A program made the position numbers and the translations under genes. A DNA stretch of 64,000 bases, taken from the human T2T-CHM13v2.0 reference genome, Homo sapiens. How positions within the stretch are numbered: the stretch's first letter is position 1; the number at the start of each line of letters is the position of its first letter. The notes under the pieces were generated by a model that was not told the origin of the DNA, did not search any database, and saw only the letters and a list, made by a program, of their open reading frames with translations. The stretch lies in NCBI RefSeq assembly GCF_009914755.1, contig NC_060929.1; one strand, given 5' to 3'. Below, in pieces: positions 29,117-41,060 of the stretch.

Positions 29117-30461
29117 GACACATGCAAGTATATGTTCATTGCAGCACTATTCACAATAGCAAAGACATTAAATCAACCTAAATGCCCATCAATGGTAGAC
29201 TGGATAAAGAAAAAGTGGTACATATAATACCATGGAATACCATGCAGTAACAAAAGAGCCATAAAACAGATCATATCCTTTGCAGGAACATGAATGGAGC
29301 TGGAGGCCATTAGCCTTAGCAAACTAGAGCAGGAACAGAAAACTAAATACTGCATGTTGTCACTTAAAAGTAGGAGCTAAATGATGAGAACCATGGACAC
29401 ATAGAGGGGAACAGCAGACACTAGGGCTACTGGAGGATGGATGGTGGGAGGAGGAAGAGGAGCAGGAAACATAACTAATGGGTACTAGGCCTAATACCTG
29501 GATGATAAAATAATCTGTACAATAAACCTCCATGACAGGAGTTTACCTATATTACAAACCTGCAGATGTACCCCTGATCCTAAAATAAAAGTTTTTTTAA
29601 AAGTGCTTATTGTCCAATGTGAATGGCACATATGTAAATACAAATTAATGGTGATAAAAGTAATGATACAAATATATGCAATATCCAGTAAGAGCATAGA
29701 GGAAAGAATGAATTTATTAGTTTATGTTTATTCAAGAATGTATTTAAAGTGGCTCACAACATGAAATAAAAGGAAAAAATGAATACTGGAGTACTAAATC
29801 CAGAGGAAAAAAATAACTTTGCGTAGATAATTTGAACTCAACAATATATAGGTGTACAGAATACATAGTTACGGTCTAGAAAAATGCCAGAATAAGCATT
29901 TGGCCTCTAAGCTTTTTGGAAGGTAAGAAAAATCAGAACATAATCAATTACACCATTTATATTATCTCCAAAGAAAAAGAAAATAAACTTATTCCTAGTG
30001 CTGATATGAAAATTTTTCCTGTAGGTGATCAAAAAATGAACAACGTGCCATCCTCAACAACATCCATATATTAAATCGACTTCATAGGGCTATTTCTTAT
30101 AGTGGCTGCTAGCATGGACCAATGATGACATAATGCCAAATTATATACAATAAAAGCAGTTTTACAAGAGGGCAGACCATATGGTCCAGGTGTGTAAATT
30201 TCTGCTTGTGAAGCTTATTCTTAGGATTTTTTTTTTTTGTATCTATAGGAACACATGGACTATATATCACTCAGGCAATCCTTTGCAAATTTATGTTGCC
30301 CAACCAAGCATTTGATGAGTGTTAAGCAACAGTGAGTTCAAGGTTATAGTCCTTAACAATCACTTAGGGTGCAGCTATTTCAGTCTACTGATTAAATAAT
30401 GGAAGTGCTTAACTCCCTCTGAGGTTGGGTTCAGAGGAAAGGGACCACGGAACTTGGACTG

Positions 30462-30733
30462 TTTTTAAAAATTGTGGTAAAATACGCACACCATGAAATT
30501 TATCTTGACCATTTTTGAATGTACTGTTCAGTGGCATTAAATACATTCACATTGTTTTGCTACTAATCCACCCCCACAGAACTCTTTTTATCTTACAAAT
30601 CTGAATCTCTGTGCCTATTATACAATAACTCCCCATTCCTCCCTCCCTCAGCCCTTGCCAGCCACCATTTTAATATTTATCTCAAGAATTTGACTACTCT
30701 AGGTACCCTCATAAAAGTGGAAACATATGGAAT
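30462..30733 (-). mobile_element. L1MB-type 3' terminal fragment (3' part of a U6/L1 chimera)
   Basis: TTGTGGTAAAATA...TTCAGTGGCATTAAATACATTCACATTGTT...TTTGACTACTCTAGGTACC is the antisense L1MB 3' end. Confidence 0.88.
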
Positions 30734-30840
30734 AAAAATATAGAATACTTCATGAATTTGCACGTCATTCTTGCTCAGGGGCCATGCTAATTGTCTCTCT
30801 TTTGTTCTAATTTTAGTAAATGTACTGCCCAAGCAATCAC
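30734..30840 (-). pseudogene. Full-length U6 snRNA retrocopy (RNU6-type pseudogene) fused to L1
   Basis: The reverse complement aligns end to end with the 107-nt U6: GTGATTGCTTGGGCAGTACATTTACTAAAATTAGAAC...ATTAGCATGGCCCCTGAGCAAGAATGACGTGCAAATTCATGAAGTATTCTATATTTTT; the ACAGAGA box is mutated. Confidence 0.95.
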
Positions 30841-31348
30841 TTTGGCTGGTTTTGGACAGAAGAACAGGAGTTCATCAAACTTAAAATGGGGAAAGCTCCT
30901 GCATGAAGGCAGGATGGTATAGTAATAATATTTTCCTTCCACCTGAAGACTGGGACAAGAAGGGACACTGAATGAGATGAGGTTAAAGAGACAGGAAGAA
31001 GCCAAACTCTAAAAGGCTTTGTAAACCATGTTTAATTAAGAGCTTGGACTTATAGACAATAAGAATGGAACAGGGAATTAAAATTTGTATTTAAGAAAAA
31101 TAATTCCAGGAAAAAAAGGAGGCCTGGAAGAGGATAAAATCTAAAAAAGACCAATTCGAAGGCAATGGCAAATATCTAAACAAGGTTTTCCTTCTTCCTT
31201 TTTTTTCCCCCAGCTCACCAGTATTGTTAGAGCAGGAATTACAGAATTGTACAAAACATGGGGAAATTTGTGTCGGTGCTTCTCATGTCCTTACTTTCAA
31301 TCTTCTGTTCCAAGCTTAGAAGGAAACTTTAAAAAATCTTATATGTCA

Positions 31349-32280
31349 TTAACAAGCAAAAAAAACAAAACAAGACAAAACAAAACCACTAAAAAGTGGG
31401 CAAAGGACATGAATAGACACTTCTTTAAAGAAAACACATAAGTGGCCAACAAGTATATGAAAAAATGCTCAACATGATCTAATCATTTGAGAAATGCAAC
31501 TTAAAACCACAATGAGATACCTTCTCACACTAGTCAGAATGGCTTTTATTAAAAATTCAAAAAACAACAGTTGCTAGTGAGGTTATGGAGAAAAGGAATT
31601 GCTTATACACTGCTGGTGGGAATGTAAATTAGTTCAGCTATTGTGGAAATCAGTGTGGCATTAAGTATGTTAGGAAAGAAAGCATAGGCATTTCTTATGC
31701 TTTTGTACAAAGAACTTAAAACAGAAACACCACTGGACCCAGCAATTCCATTATTGGATATATACCCAAAGGAATAGAAATTGTTCTGCCATAAAGAAAC
31801 ATGCATGCATATGTTCATTGTGGTACTATTCACAATAGCAAAGACATGGAATCAACCCAAGTGCCCATCAACAGGATAAACTGGATAAACAAAATGTGAT
31901 ACATATACACCATGGAATACTATGCAGCCATTAAAAAGAACAAGATTATGCCCTTTGCAGCAACATGAATAGAGCTGGAGGCCATAATCCTAAGAAAACT
32001 AACACTGGAACAGAAAACCAAATACCACATGTTCTCACTTATAAGTGCAAGCTAAACACTGAGTACAAAGGGACACAAAGGTGGTGACAACAGGCACCAG
32101 GGCCTACTTGAGGGTGGAGGGTGGAGGAAGAAAATAGAAAAACTACCTATCAGGTACTATGCTTAGTAACTGGATGAGAAAATAATTTGTATACTGAATT
32201 CCCATGATATAAAATTTACTTACATAACAAACCTGCACATATACCCCTGAACCTAAAATAAAAGTTAAAAAAAAAAAAAA
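31349..32280 (+). mobile_element. 5'-truncated LINE-1 (L1PA15/16-like)
   Basis: ORF2 end, 3' UTR and poly(A); TSD AAAATCTTATAT(G/T)TCA at 31333-31348 and 32282-32297. Confidence 0.93.
31658..31706 (+). repeat. 49-bp exact copy of 34090-34138 inserted into L1
   Basis: GCATTAAGTATGTTAGGAAAGAAAGCATAGGCATTTCTTATGCTTTTGT is identical at both sites. Confidence 0.97.
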
Positions 32281-33119
32281 GAAAATCTTATATTTCAGCA
32301 AAGAATCCAGAGAAGTCAAAGTCTAAAATGCACATTTTAATCCAGGAGAGCACTTCTGAAGTGGCATTTCTCCCAACTGACCTGCCTCATTCCCCACCTC
32401 ACATCATTTGTGTAGCAAGTGATATGTACTAAATCATCAATTTATAGCTTTTCTGGAATCCTATGTGAATCATTGTTGTTACAATTCAATTATCCTTAAG
32501 AAAATGGAAACTAAATGTGGAAGGAAATGTGTTTTCCCTTCATAACAAGCTTTCTGACTTTATACACCCTAAAGATCCAGTAATAATTAGGATGAGGGCA
32601 GAGGTTCTAGGATTTGACTATACGAGTGTTGGGCTTAAATGCTGCTGCTTTATCTCATCCATTGGTCCTTAAGGAACACCTTTTCCTCTACTTCTTCATG
32701 GCACACAGCTGTCACGGAGCACTCTCACTCAAAACATTTTAATGGCCAATGCCTAAGGAATCATGTATGAAGTCACTGTTACCTCCAATGAGAGATCTTT
32801 TCCTGACAATGTATCTACCTGGGATGCTTTCCCTCACCCTGTTTTCATATGTGAAATCATAACCTTCTGTAAGAACGATGCAAAGAAGAAAATTGTAAAG
32901 CTTTCCCCCCAGAATATACTGGACATAATATCTTCATGCTCTGAAGTCTAGTTGGATTTTGTTTCAATCTTTTCCATGGCACCATCTTAGTCCTCAAAGT
33001 TTTGTTTTAAAATTATTTGAGAATGGAGATAATTTCATAATTTTACCTGAATTCTTTATTTGCATATAGGAAATAATAAACGTTGAATAATAAGTGCTTA
33101 TGTATTCAATAAATAGCTG

Positions 33120-33265
33120 TTTCAGGCCTATTAGATTCTAACTACTTGGTTAGGTATTAGAAATACACCAATGAATAAGAAATAATCTCTGAATTTCAGG
33201 CCTATTAGATTCCAACTACTTGGTTAGGCATTAGAAATACACCAATGAATAAGAAATAATCTCTG
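33120..33265. repeat. 74-bp-period tandem duplication (in an L2-like fragment)
   Basis: TTTCAGGCCTATTAGATTC...AATAATCTCTG at 33120-33191 and 33194-33265, with 2 mismatches. Confidence 0.95.
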
Positions 33266-33902
33266 GACTCAAGAAATCTCAGTGCAGGTGGAAGATTCCT
33301 CAGAAATGTTTTGGAGCATGAAGAGGACATCCTGGGGAAAAATTAAGAAGGCACATCTAGAGTCTTAAGAATTCTGGAAAGGGCTAGAATTAAAAAATAC
33401 ATTGTGATATCTAAATTTGGCTATCAATAGTGTTTCTTCAGGTGGCAAAAAAGAATTGCTCTTAAAATAACAGGAAACTAAATTACAAAAAGGCACATTT
33501 CAACTTAAAGTAAGAACTGTTTTTTAGTAATCATAGCATCTCCACATTAAAATTAGTTGCTTTATAAAGATAAAGAGCTTTGTATTATATTAAAAATCTA
33601 GACAACCAGCTGTATAAATGTATAAGTTTAATGTAGAAGAAATCATTGTAAGGGGTGAAAAATTTGAGTTGACAATTTTAAAGACTCTAATTTCAAGATC
33701 TATTAATTTCATATAAGAATAATAAGAACATCTCATTATATACATGTAAGGATAATATGGATTATTATGTCTGAAGCTGAATGTATTATTGAAAATAGAT
33801 GCTTTTGAAACTCTAACAGAATTATTCACAAAAATTATTCTTCACTTTCCAAATATCATGAACTATGACTTTCATTTGCTAAGACGTATAAGTCTATTAA
33901 AC

Positions 33903-33928
33903 GTGTGTGTGTGTGTGTGTGTGTGTGT
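33903..33928. repeat. (GT)n microsatellite
   Basis: About 13 GT units. Confidence 0.95.
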
Positions 33929-36900
33929 AGAATATCCTAGTGATACTCCAGGTAAATTGGCATTACTCAATAAATGGAGGATCTTAAATCAATCATAACC
34001 TGTGTCAAGTTGCTGCAGAGTAAGGCCCAAAACCATTATTTTGCACAAGAAATTGTCCAAAGGTTAAGCCAGATTATCCAGAAACCTGAGCATTAAGTAT
34101 GTTAGGAAAGAAAGCATAGGCATTTCTTATGCTTTTGTGCTAATCTTCTCAAATTCCCTTTTCCAAGTGATTAAGTATCAAGGAACCAGGTTCCATGGAA
34201 ATGCTTGGCTCAATGAAGAGAATGAAATAGAGAAAGAAGGGAAAAAAACTGCAACAGAAATCTCTTACATTAAAAAACATATCCTAATACAATATTTATA
34301 AAAGTGCTTCAAAAGTCTTCCAGAATGCTTCAAAAGTGAAAAAAAAAATGGATGGAATACTTAAAATTTCTCACTTCTATTTCTTCCCATTGTTAAAACT
34401 CTTCTTCTGCTCTCTGCTCCATTCCATCCGACCTGTTATTATTTAAGTCCTAATCATGAATACTTGGACTACTGTAGTCTTACACTCTTTCTTGTATCTT
34501 TCACAATAACGCCAAACACATGTATCTTTAAAAACACAAATCTGATCTTGAAATCAAGCTCCTTTACAATCATTTTGCAAGAGGAAACTGAAGTTTAATG
34601 AAGTTTAAATGGATGACCAAGATCAGGGGGGCTCATGAGCAGCCATGGTCAAGCCCAGGATGCCAAAGTCCAGTTCCTCCTTCAAAATTATTTTACTTCT
34701 GTCATTGTCTTCCTAGATATTGTGTGTATATTATGGATTCTAATAGAATGATTTTACCTCAAAAATACAGTAAAATTTGGATAGAATGTTGGGACTGCAT
34801 TTATAGACAGAAAGACTGTCAGCTCAAAGTTTTATTCACAAAGTACATAAAACCTGTTCAAAAAGTTGTGTTGCAGAACAATTGCTCCTAACACATAACT
34901 TGCCAGTATTTAAAACCATTCCCCCTATTTGTCTATATATTTAAATCTCTCTTATATATGCATCAAGAAGCATTTTGATTTTGTTTTTATCCAACACACA
35001 GTTTAACACATTGCTTAAATATATTAAAGAAAAATATTCTTATTAAGATTAACCCTGTGTATGTTTTCTTTATACCGTATAAAAACTTATAACTTAAGGG
35101 GGAAAATAAAAGGAGTATAAAAATTTCCATATTCTGCTCTTCCTTTTAATTCCCGTTTTATTTTCATATTAAAATTGTCCAAATTCTACATTGAAAATTT
35201 AATAAAGTAATGAATTTGAGTAACTTTGTAAAATGTTAATATAGCCAAAATTATAATAAGAAAAATGTGGAATGTAGGAATATTTAGTTTTTAATTTGGC
35301 AAGATCTGATAGAAATTCTGTTATGCAATTCTCACATAAGAATTATTAGATGTATTGCAAATGTCATACAATAAACTGAATATAAACAAAACATAAAATT
35401 ATGATGTTTATCTTTATTTTCAGATTACTGATGCTTCTAAAATGTATTAATAACATTAAAATTAAAAGTTAAATATCCTGATAGTTAATATAAGTGCAAT
35501 TTTGTAAAATTCCACTTTTGTGCAACACACAGCTAACTTTTAATATTCATTTCTCATTTTCTTATTTTTCTATATTAATATCATTGCTAAAGTACAACAC
35601 AAATGCTCAAATTTGTTTTTAAAATTAGCTGATGAGCTATATTTTACAGTAAATAATGTGTGATTAAATTTTAAGTTATATAAGAATCCACTCACTAATA
35701 TCAAAATGTGTTTATGGCCTGGATACTATAATTTACTTTACTTCTTGTTAATTCGAATAATAAAATACTCGAAACATGGTCTTGAAAGTTTTAGGTAGAT
35801 ACTAATGTAAAACTACCTAACCGTCAGGAATAAAAACCTGCCATCGATGCTATTTCCATTATTTAAAATATTGAATTAAACCCAGCACATACTGTAAATT
35901 GTTTTTGCTTCTTCCTTTTAGGATAGTTGTGAAAAGTGAAATAACCAGGCAGCCTTATCTTAGGTGAGACCGTTTCGGCTTGGAAACAAACAAAGCTCTC
36001 TCTCGATGAACTGGGTTCATTTCATATTTGTGTAATACCCTGGAAGAAATTAGGTTTCAATAAAGTCCATTTTTGTCACTGCATGTAGCAATGAATATCA
36101 CACCCAGCAGGGCACAGTGGCACCTGGCTGTCCAGACCCCAGTGTAGCACAAACCATCTGGGGGTAATTACAACAAGGTATTCTTTAAGGACCAGATGGG
36201 AGCAAGGAACAGAAGCCCCTACCCCTCCCAGTCATTTACAACATAATTCCTTTCAATGATATACTTAATCCTCCCACCAGCTATGCCTTTCAGCTTGCTG
36301 TTGTCACTGTTCCTTTATGTAAATTCAGACGCAAGACCGGGAAAAAGAGGGGGTGAGACAGAAAGTACAAGAAAAAAAGGGAAAGGGTGAGAGAGAGCGC
36401 CACTGGTGCCTCTAGGGACCAAAAGAAATTATTCATCCCTAAATTGTTTTCACCACAGCGAGTACAGTAACAAATTTTTTTAAAAAAAAGAGGACTGAAA
36501 TTATCCTAAAGAAGGTCAATGCGACAGCCCTGTGTGGCACCAGCTGAGGTTTACTCAGCCACCTGTTAGCTAGAAAGCTCTCTGCACACGCTTATGATGC
36601 ATTTAACCAGTTTAAAGGGTCTTTATTGACAGGCCAGCCACCTCCATTCAGCAGGCTGGAGCCATAGGCCTGCTTTGTGGTCATATGTGGCACACAAGCC
36701 TTAATTCAATTACGCTGTAAGCCTATCCAATCTGCATCACTGCCCTTTCACTTTTGTGCCATTTGTCTTGCATATTGTAAAGAATTTTATTTTGAAGAGG
36801 GAAAGGCACCCTACAACCCAGTTGTCTTTATTTTTCATGTAAGGTTGTGCCGCAGGTGCGCCGCCACCTTTCAACTCCCGAAATGCATTCATCTTTAAGC

Positions 36901-37942
36901 GATATTTTAGAGGGAAGCAGTATTTATTGTTTGGTGACACTGCTTTGTGGGTGTTGCTGATTTTTATTTTTTTTTAATTAGGTATATGTTCAAACTCTCC
37001 AACACACCAACAAAGAGTCTCCAAACTTGATTGTTAAAAATTCAAAAGAAGAAACAAAAAGAAAAACACACATGATAAATGAAAATGACAATTATTAGCT
37101 TTGTTCTACAATTTTTTTATTTAGAAAGAAAAGTATTTCTTAGAGTGATCATATATTAAATTTTAAATTTTGGATTTTCCTCAAGTGTCTGACACAAAAT
37201 ATGAATGTCTGTATATATGAGTGAGGCTCAGTGCTGCTATGTTGCTTGAAAATTTCTAATATAAGTTCCATAGAAGGTAATTAAATATATCAAGTCTGCT
37301 TATATTGTTTTGTATTTTGGTACTTTCAATTTTCCATAACATTGGACCAATGCATGTTATTGTTTGATGCTTGGTATTTTCATAGTAATGTATAGACAAT
37401 GAAAAAATAAAGATAGATTTCCCAAAGTCAAGGGCTCTATTATTTTTGTAACATATTTTTCTTAAACTAAAAGTCTGCCTCGTTTAAGCATGCTTAAAAT
37501 AGCATGCAACAGTGCAATAATATAGAAATGTGATAGCCAACCAAACCTACCCCCTAGAGGTCCTGTGTTTGTATTAAGAGTATGGATGATTCCAAATCAG
37601 TGTTCCCCCAAATCATTAAATGACTTACCATGAGAATTGAAGGGACTTCAAAGAAGGGAGAGAAGAATCTTCTTTGTTAGGTAATGTCTATTTTCCACTC
37701 AAGTAGGAAAGGACAGTAGTGCTAGGTTACTTATCAAGGTTATTAATTGAGTAAGTGTCAGTTTTCATCATGGCAACTTCAATGTGTCTTTGGTATGGAA
37801 GTTCCCATCTCTTTTAAATTACTGAATCAAAACCACAAATATGAAGCATTCGAAAGAGACCAAGACATTTTAATTGGCAAGAAAAAATAAAAATATTTGT
37901 ATCTGATCCTCAAAATAAAAGGTGTTTTAAAAACTACTTTTA

Positions 37943-38496
37943 TATGCATGTAAATTTAATGTATGTGTATCTCTCAACAATTCTATGCCCATTTCTTTTG
38001 TGTTCTCCTATGGGATTGCAGTTTAAAAATGAGAAAACTAAGAATTAATAGAGGCTAAATGGCTTGCCTAAGAGCTCAAAATTCTTGATTTCTAAGGGTT
38101 CTTTCCATTACACCATGAAGATCTCATATGACTATTTTATAAACTTTATGATTTTTACCCATCTATGCATGTATGTGTATTTAATGTATGTGTATTTCTC
38201 AGCAATTCTATGCCCATTTCCTGTTTTCCTATAGGATTGCGTTTTATCAATGAGGAAAACTAAGGGTAAATAGAGCCTAAATTCTTTTGATTTCTAATTG
38301 AAATCGAAATTCCTTTGACTTCTAATTGAAATCGAAATTCCTTTGATTTCTAATTGAAATTGAAATTCCTTTGATTTCTAATTGAGAGTTAAGAGCTCAA
38401 AATTCTTGTGATTTCTAACTGAGGGTTCTTTCCATTACATCATGAAGACTTCATATTACTATTTTATGAACTTTATGATTTTTACGCATCTGTGCA
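37943..38496. repeat. ~220-bp diverged tandem duplication; the second copy contains a 28-bp minisatellite
   Basis: Copy 1 at 37943-38163, copy 2 at 38164-38496; unit AAATTCCTTTGATTTCTAATTGAAATCG starts at 38279, 38307, 38335 and 38363. Confidence 0.92.
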
Positions 38497-38695
38497 ATTT
38501 TCTGTATATATTAGAGATATGCACTGTAACATATATATACAGGAAATTGCACAGATGCATAAGCTTATCAATATATAAGCTTATCAATATATGTACATAT
38601 ATATGGTAGAGTACGCTCTATGAACGCTCTATGTACTCTAACATATATATATAACGTATATATACATATGTACATACATTGATAAGCTTATCAAT
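38482..38695. repeat. Cluster of nested inverted repeats / palindromes
   Basis: 26-nt arms 38486-38511/38533-38558; 26-nt arms 38575-38600/38666-38691; inner arms 38597-38614/38633-38650; perfect palindrome ATTGATAAGCTTATCAAT at 38678-38695. Confidence 0.92.
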
Positions 38696-40899
38696 ATTCT
38701 GTGAAGCAGGAATAATGACTGAACTTGTAAAAGTCTAGAATCACATCAAAAGAATGAGAAAAATGACCTGAATTTGTTACACTAAAAAATCATTGCTAAG
38801 ATATAGACATATTTCTTTAGCCACTTTTAACCCCTTAGATAGAATTTTGAAGTAAAAAATAGCCAATAATATGTGTCTAGTTTTAAAATATTCTATGTGA
38901 ATCACATAACCTGTTTGCACTTTGTATCTCTCTACATAACAATACAAAAAAATTTGAGAGTTCATTTTTTAAGGACTTTGGCATCCTGGAATTCAGATTA
39001 AAATATCTAAATATTCTTGATATAAATGTAAGAACACAGGTTTTGAAACATTTTAGAAGAAAAGTAGTACAGGAAGTTAGTTTCGTTATAGAAATCTATA
39101 TTTTTATTAGCATTTTACAACGTAAATTATTTTTCCAAATTTCAAACATATCATATTGCTTTTGAAATAATGTCATCTGTAATAACCCCATGAAATGACT
39201 GCATTATTATATGCCAAATAAGTTTCTATTAAAATTTAACTACCCATTATATTTTTATGAGATCACACAATAAAATGGAATTATATAATGTTTATGTTAA
39301 ATTCTCACTTTCCAATAAAAATCGTGCAAATATTCCTCTCTGAAAACACTTTATTCAAGGAAATGTTGAAGAAAAAAATTCAGAAAAACTAAAATAGTAA
39401 TTAGCTAATAACCATAACCATAACTATATATGTATGTGTATATATATTTGAGAATCCAAACTTAATATAGCTGAGTAAACCAGAGGACTAAATAATTTTG
39501 GAAATCTGTTACCGAATGGCTAATATTCACCAAAGATGTTCAAAGCTGAAATTTGAAGAGATAATAAACAATAACAAATTTACTATATTTTAGATATTTT
39601 ACTCATCATGTATAAAAACTCTCTTGCCTAAGGATTTACAAAGAAAAAACTCAGGTAGCAAGAAACTGGTTATTTTCACACGTGGTGAAACATAATTTTA
39701 GCTTCACATACAATTCCTGTCCAACACAGTGGTGCCTCCTGAGAATAAAATGTGCTTTGGAGAAAATTATCACTGTATACCAAGGAACTTCTCATGCAAA
39801 ACTCCCTTTCTTGTCAATGAAATTTTCAAGCACACTTGATGGCCACAGAATGAGGATATATGTGTATGTTTCTAAGCCAATAATGCAGTTTGAATTAAAA
39901 TAAACTATCTCTTCACTAAATTTTCTGACCCTAAATATGCATCTTGCCCATTTTGTTTGCAAAGTTTGTTTAGAAAATACAAAAGACATTTTTTGTGTGT
40001 TCATTTTGCCATAGTCAATTCTAGTATCAAGAAATGTCAACATGATGTCATTCGGTTTAGCGGAAAAGTAAAAAATTGAGTCAACTAGTTTGTTCGGTGT
40101 GCAGAATGTCAAAGAGTGGTTTCTGTAATCTTTATTCTTGAGTTCACCATTTAAACATCATTTGGCAAAGTTGTGTTAACATTTATGTTGTGATGATCAA
40201 CATGGTTTGGTTTGGCCTAGTACCCAAAAGCAGTAAGTAATATATGGCTATCTAAACTAAAGAATAAAGACAAGCTACTTCTCATTAACCCAAAGACAGA
40301 TAAAAATTGCAGTATGAAATCTAGAAGACTGATGAACTAATCTCACAGCTATCGTTTATTCTTATTTCTCTACCACCCTAGATACGCTGATGACCTTAGC
40401 TAGTTGAAAGAGAAAAGTGACGGGTAAGTAACAAATTTTAATTTTCAGAAGAAACCCCCTGGGCATTTTCCTGTTTGTTCCTAAAATGAATTGTAGATTT
40501 CTATTAGTTCAACCTTCCACTCCGGAAAAATTTTCTTAAATAACATTAGATTTTGAGATTAGCACCAGAAGGCAACCACTATTGAATATGCTAATGTTTC
40601 TTTGTATTAAGAATAAAGGAAAAGAATAAAACATAAATGTCTTATTAGAGTGAGATGTCATAAATTCACATGAATGAGACAGTGGAATGTATAGACTTGT
40701 GGGATTGTGCATTTATTGGCTTTGGCACTCTGGAGAGTGTTTGCAGATGTTTTGTGTACACACGTATGTCAGAAACGTACATGTATCCACATGATGCAGA
40801 AGAAGAAATTAGCACCAATAGATTAACTCCAGATTTCAATTACATATTTATTAATTATGCTACAGTGTACATTGATAACCATTTAAACAAATTTATTTA

Positions 40900-41060
40900 A
40901 TCATTAATACTCCTGCAGTTTCATTGTACAAAGAAATAAACTGAACTTAGAGAACTAAGTAATTTACCCAAGCTCACATTGCTAACAAGGGTGAAAATGG
41001 GTTTGAATTGAAAGATGTCTGGATTCTGAGATGGTGCTGTTAACGTCCGTATTACACATT
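40900..41060 (-). mobile_element. MIR fragment
   Basis: AAACTGAACTTAGAGAACTAAGTAATTTACCCAAGCTCACATTGCTAA. Confidence 0.6.

Larger units (their letters stand above)
23955..29600 (+). mobile_element. Near full-length decayed LINE-1 (L1PA13-15-like): partial 5' UTR, ORF1, ORF2, 3' UTR
   Basis: ORF1 N-terminus (24120-24407), endonuclease (25665-26611, HGTYSKIDH), RT fragments; 3' end GGGTACTAGGCCTAATACCTGG...CCTAAAATAAAAG; ~120-nt internal deletion near 28470. Confidence 0.93.

Noticed and set aside
23930-29620. TSD around the long L1PA13-15 element
   Set aside because: I found no convincing direct repeat at either end, so the 5' boundary is approximate.
30734-30840. Functional U6 snRNA gene
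   Set aside because: It has many substitutions, including the ACAGAGA box, no recognisable upstream TATA/PSE, and it is fused to L1.
36397-36420. CTCF site (GCGCCACTGGTGCC)
   Set aside because: It is one base short of the CTCF core spacing; the similar near-misses at ~1525 and ~51585 are also unconvincing.
38279-38385. 28-bp repeats as a CRISPR-like array
   Set aside because: The units are head to tail with no unique spacers, in eukaryotic DNA with no cas genes; this is a minisatellite.
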